Source: Massalongia carnosa
Taxonomy: Eukaryota
Assembly: GCA_965645245.1 (NCBI GenBank)
Contig: OZ287082.1
Coordinates: 620,001-684,000, forward strand
Direction of reading: 5' to 3'
Length of the DNA: 64,000 bases
Positions 59,109 to 64,000 of the stretch are shown here, piece by piece (within the stretch, counting starts at the first letter, position 1; every line of letters starts with the position of its first letter). Made by a program: the position numbers and the translations under genes. The notes under the pieces were generated by a model, which was not told where the DNA came from, searched no databases, and saw only the letters and a list, made by a program, of their open reading frames with translations.

Positions 59109-61539
59109 GCTTCATGATTACCTCCACGAATAGTCTGCTCAACTCGATCATGGGATAGTGCGACACTGAAGAGATCGGGCAATCAAAGTGAGAGGTGATA
59201 GGTTCAATAATAGTAGGACTCAAGCAAGCGTGTGTCTTTGACTTTTCCATTGAGTGGAAGCTTTGGAGGCGCGTGATGCCAATCTCAGGCTCCATGCTCG
59301 TAACCCCGGTGGAACCGTCAGTTTCGCTAGTCTTTTCTCCGTCGTCCTTCACCACGAAAGGATCATCTGAAGTATGTTAGAAGAAATCCCGATTGCAGGT
59401 TAGGAATACATTGGGGGCACACCTTGGCTGTCACCAACTTCATCGAATCGACTTGAGACTGTTGTATTCTCGCGTTGCTGAATTCTTCGCTCATAGATAT
59501 ATCTGAAAACGGGCCGAGGAGACAATTTGATCAGCAATAGAAGCCGGCATTTTCGACAGGGTTGTTTATATCATCGTCGATATCGTCTGTCTCGTCAATC
59601 GCAATCAGTCTTTCTAGAATAATCAGACGCGCTCAGAAGGACTGAGACCTGCGCACTGACCTTCACGCCTGGCCTTCTTCAACCTGTGTCCACCTTCCCC
59701 ACTCTCGTTCAAACCTGCACTGTCTGCTGTACGCTGGGAACCCGCCGCAGATCCTATGACGTCTTCTTGAAGCGGGGACCGCCACCAAACCAATGGCGGT
59801 TCAGGATTAGATGACGCAATGGGCGATCGGAGAGAGTGTGGGATGATATTGTCTGAAAGCTCGCTCCTTTGTCCCCTTTTTCTTTTTCCCCACTGAAGTG
59901 GAAAGGCTCAATATTTTCGAAGCAGACTTGTGTATCGTGTGTTGAAGAAAGAAAAGTATCAGAGAATGAAAGAGAAGAATCAAAGAAGATGGAACATCTA
60001 GGTGGGTGCTATCTGTCAGTATTAGAGTTAGCGAACGGGGTTTCGAGGATCGTATCGAGCTTCTGAGCCTGTCACCGAGGTCAATGTAGTGCTAAGGGAG
60101 CATTGCTTCCCACCTTGCTTCTTAGAAGTCGAGTCGTCGCTTCTGGGGTGGACGCTATTGCTGTCGTCATTATGCTCATCGCTGTCTCCACCTTGTCTCG
60201 ATTCAGAAATGGAAGCGTTGCCGCAGTCCTTATGTGTCGAATGTTCGAAGGCGCCGTCAGACCTCTAAATTCCGTGTTCAAAACTCGATCCAGCTCGCTG
60301 CGACTATTGTACTTCTCCAGAACCGAACTGCGATTCTCCGAGGAATAGGAGAGCATCGTCATTCTTCTGACCGTCATCAGTATCGATTCCGCTTGAGGGA
60401 CCTGGATTCGTTGGTTAGCGATCATCATACTTAAAGGCGGCGAGACGCACCTTCGGTGTGCGACTCAGCATTTTTAGAATCTAGCACTGGCGCGGGGGAT
60501 AAAAAAGAGACCTCTAGTGGCGAAGTAGTCAGGTCAAAATATTTAATCAGATCGTAGTCTTCGAGTCTACCGCTCAGACTGCTGCTCGATCTAAAGACCA
60601 CAGGATTATCGCTCTCCTTACTGAAATTGCGAGTCTCGAAGCTAGATGCTGCCAAACGCCGTTTATCAGGCCCGCGTGTCTTGTTCAAAGATTGATAAAA
60701 GTGAATGGAATCCATGTCGATCAAAGGCTATTGAAGGATGAAAGTGCAAAGTGAATCGAAGGTATCTTTGACCTAGCGCACATATTGAACCGATCACATC
60801 GATCAATATACTCGCGAATCGCCTCCTCTTGCTCCTCCGTAAGAGCTTTGTTGATGCTGGGGCGGGTGCTTTTCGAATTGAACTCATTTCATCGTCTTTG
60901 AAGTTGACGAATGGGCACGTTGTATGCACGCGCAGCCTTTGTGCAATTCTTATATCAACGATCATGAAGCGCGTCGATGGCCTCTTCAATACGATTCTCG
61001 AGTTTATAATAAGAATCAGAAGGCATGATGTGGGGTGTTTACGTGTCAAAGATGGGTGGGTAGATGGTGAAAAAAACGACATTGAGCCCAATGCGTCATT
61101 ATGCGCTTACAGGCCCTTCGGAATGGCGGGGCAGAATCAATTGTCTTGAAGGGGTAATAAACGGTTGAGGAGCTGAGGAATATCATGTGACTGGATCTAT
61201 TGGTTAGCTCAGGTGAGGACTCTGCCGTTTTCTGAATATGTGCCTTTCGGAACTCGTGGTAATCTTGCTGTTTCAGAGTTACTGGCTGTAGGTTGCTGAC
61301 CCTGTCCTACGTGGTTCCGTTCGAATTGCAGATGCAGCAAGAAGACTTCTGAAGGCCAGATCTAAGGATGCAGGGCGTAAAAGCAACTCAAGACGACCTG
61401 CAAGTCAGGATTTTCATTCTAACTCGCTCTCAAAGAATCAAGTCCGCATTCGGACGTGAGCGGGTTACGTCCTATGTCAATTGCCGTCAACTGTCGAGTT
61501 ATTCAAAAAGAAAAGATGATGAAAGAATAAAATTGAAAA

Positions 61540-61720
61540 CGTCGAAGGTCGCGGATGATGTGTCGTTCGATGACTTGGGTCGTGACATTCGCGATGAAGG
61601 TTTTTTGAGAGACCTGAACATGATAATATTTAGCTCAGAGACATCAAGAGGTGATATGATGCTGACTTACCTTATAGATGGAGAACAAGCAGTGAAAAGC
61701 CTCTTCACAGCTATGCTTCT
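61540..61720 (-). pseudogene. Dynamin-family GTPase effector domain fragment
   Basis: Hand translation gives SCEEAFHCLFSIYK|VSQKTFIANVTTQVIERHIIRDL with a GTAAGT...CAG intron at 61614-61670. Confidence 0.65.
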
Positions 61721-62099
61721 TCATGTTAGGATCAACGCGTTAGCAATAACGCTCCCACGTCACTTTTCGAACAGCACCACCATAGGTGGGCCATTCTCGG
61801 CTTGGGGTTTGGGAGTTTTTCCCCCACCGCAGCCATAATAAAGCCAATATAGGCGGGCCGTTCAGCAAATCTGAGCGCCAGCATGGCAGCAGCGAGGGGA
61901 GAGTTGCTCAAACATAGATAGTAATTATATAATGTTCTGCCGACACGATGGAGCCCGCGAATTACTGCAAGAACCAATCCTTCTGCTCGCATGCGTCCCA
62001 CTCCTGTTGCCATCTCTCCGCTCCGATTCACTTCTGCGTTTCCTCGTGCAAACGGTCAAAAAAGATGTATGGTTTCGATACACCTGTCTGAAGAAGAAA

Positions 62100-62560
62100 T
62101 CTCACAATGCATTCAGGTTTCTATCAAACGAGATCTTCAGGAAGAGCCATAAGCATAATGACAGTTCCCGCTCCTCAAGCTTGTCGAGAACCAGGCCAAA
62201 GATCATTTCCATCTTTTCGGGTCCGATAAAGGCAAAAATGACTGGTAGGAAAGGCTTCATTTCGGAAAGGGTAGTCTCGGAAATATGAACGAGTCGTTCA
62301 TCATGAAAAATCCTTGTCCCATTCAATGCTCCGTACATATGTTGCGAGCAAGTTAAAAGCTTGAGAGAGCGGGATAGATATCAGGCCCTCGATTTTTGAT
62401 TTTCTGCAATGATCACCTGCATGACCTTACAGGCCTGAACGGAATCGTCCTTGTCGAGGACAATTTCAAGGAGTGTAGTCATAGCCACGCCTGCTAAGTG
62501 TATTCCGGCTGGTGTATGTATCTGCTTCTACATCCCTGATATGAGCGGCACAAGAGCTAA
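62100..62560 (-). other. Unassigned degenerate coding remnant
   Basis: Protein-like frame pieces HLAGVAMTTLLEIV...EIKNRG and LLTCSQHMYGALNG, interrupted by stops. Confidence 0.3.
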
Positions 62561-64000
62561 CTATGCTCTGGAAGTCTTTTGCGTTGTATTTTGTCCAGAC
62601 ACTTCGACTTTCGTGATCAAAACGGCTTCGTATGATGATTCAAACTTGAAAAGATAACGACACTCTGCTCTTTTGCTCTAAGAAAAGCTGAAAGAAGGTT
62701 TCAAAGAATTTTATCCTCATCACACTTCAGTAGACTTCGAAATGATCAGGAGAAATGAGACCTAAAGCGGAGGTCGCAAAGCGCTGATTCGATTTAGAAA
62801 TGTCAACAAGCTCAACTACTCTTTCACTGAACTAATGTCAGCTGTCTAATCAACGGCCGTGATGGAAAGCGAATCATTTACCAGAGATGAGTTTAGATTT
62901 CAACAGACTTCGATTAATCGATCTAAATTGTCGTGCTATGTTTACTGCTTTCTCAGACGGATTCCATTCGAACTCGATGAACATAGGGCTCCAGATCAGT
63001 CGTAGAGAATCCTCATCGGCTTGTAGAGAAAATAGTTGTTCTAGAATTGATCGGCGAAGGGTTTATAGTCAAGGACTGCCTTAAGGATGAAGACTGCGAC
63101 GATGATGTCGAGCGTGCCGATTTAACTGATCTGCCCCTATTCATTTTTAGATGTATATCATTTTCTCAAGTGGTTTCGTTCATTGCCTTGATTCGATCAT
63201 TCCGCGGCCGGTTGCGAACAGGTGCGATTGAACTGGTCACGGGATATGGCGGAAACTCCTGGTCGGGTCGAGGAGGCAGAGGAGACGGTTCCACATCATC
63301 TCCCCGAGTTTCTGCCTGATTTGTACAGGCCGTAGAATACAAAGGTACATGGCTGGGTCAAGGGGAGAAAGAAGGTCGCTCTGGCTCATCCCATGTAACT
63401 CCTGCTGAGATGAACGCATGGTAAAAAATTGCTGATGCGACGGATTAAAACAGAGTTCTGGTGTCGGAAATGATCTCGTCCCCACGAGGCTTGCCTGATT
63501 TCTTGGAGTATCCGATGAATCTTATTCCGCCGAGCGAGAAAACTGCTGCAGACTTTGCGAAAGTGGAATGCCTTCTACCTGAGGCGAACGGGTCGGTTCA
63601 TATAAGGTCTGCGACCAGGCTTTTGTCTGATTTCTCCTTACTGGCTTCCTGACAAAATCCGGTTGTGAGGGCGGTGATGACCGGGCAGGCTCATGGTGAA
63701 TTCGCTTTTCGAACCGCTAGGATTCGGAAAACGTTGATCTGAACCGTTTTCGCTCTGAACTGGATGGGCCGTAAGATCCTGGGGATGTATTGACTGTCCC
63801 AAAGAGCGCGCTCTCAACGAAGAAGGCTTTCCTATTTCGCTAAGCCTTGCCAGTGGTTGAGAGGACTCCCTCGGTCGAAGATAGTCCTTTGTTGAAGGAG
63901 GCAATAGGGGTCGGGTTTGCACACTCCGGAGACTTCCTGTTCGGAATAAAGCTGGCTCAAGTTGAGGATCGATTCCTATGCTATTGACGCTTTAGTAACG

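Overview
Eukaryotic, almost certainly filamentous-ascomycete DNA (short GT-AG introns with CTRAC branch points, fungal NLR genes, fungal transposon families). It is a repeat-rich accessory region. Three mobile elements look largely intact. (1) A Ty3/Gypsy chromovirus (2829-9501) with an apparent self-priming PBS and a -1 frameshift signal. (2) A Ngaro-type tyrosine-recombinase retrotransposon with A1-ORFs-B1-A2-B2 split direct repeats (14481-19419); its gag and pol are in frame and separated only by a CAA-TGA-CTA readthrough-type stop. (3) A 6-kb DNA transposon (34118-40144) with 95-bp terminal inverted repeats and an 8-10 bp TSD, carrying two convergent intron-containing genes: a DUF6589-like putative transposase and a RecQ-like helicase (AcademH-like). 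Also present are decayed Tad1-like LINEs, a decayed Copia plus a second partial copy, solo LTRs and Gypsy fragments. Host-type sequence includes a 5'-truncated TPR NLR, a NACHT-ankyrin NLR with two repeat classes, two HNH-type nucleases, and fragments or pseudogenes of a DIM-5/Clr4-like SET protein, kinases, an AIM9-like phosphotransferase, an SDR, an aspartic protease, a methyltransferase and a dynamin. Family assignments come from motif recognition by eye; no database searches were run.
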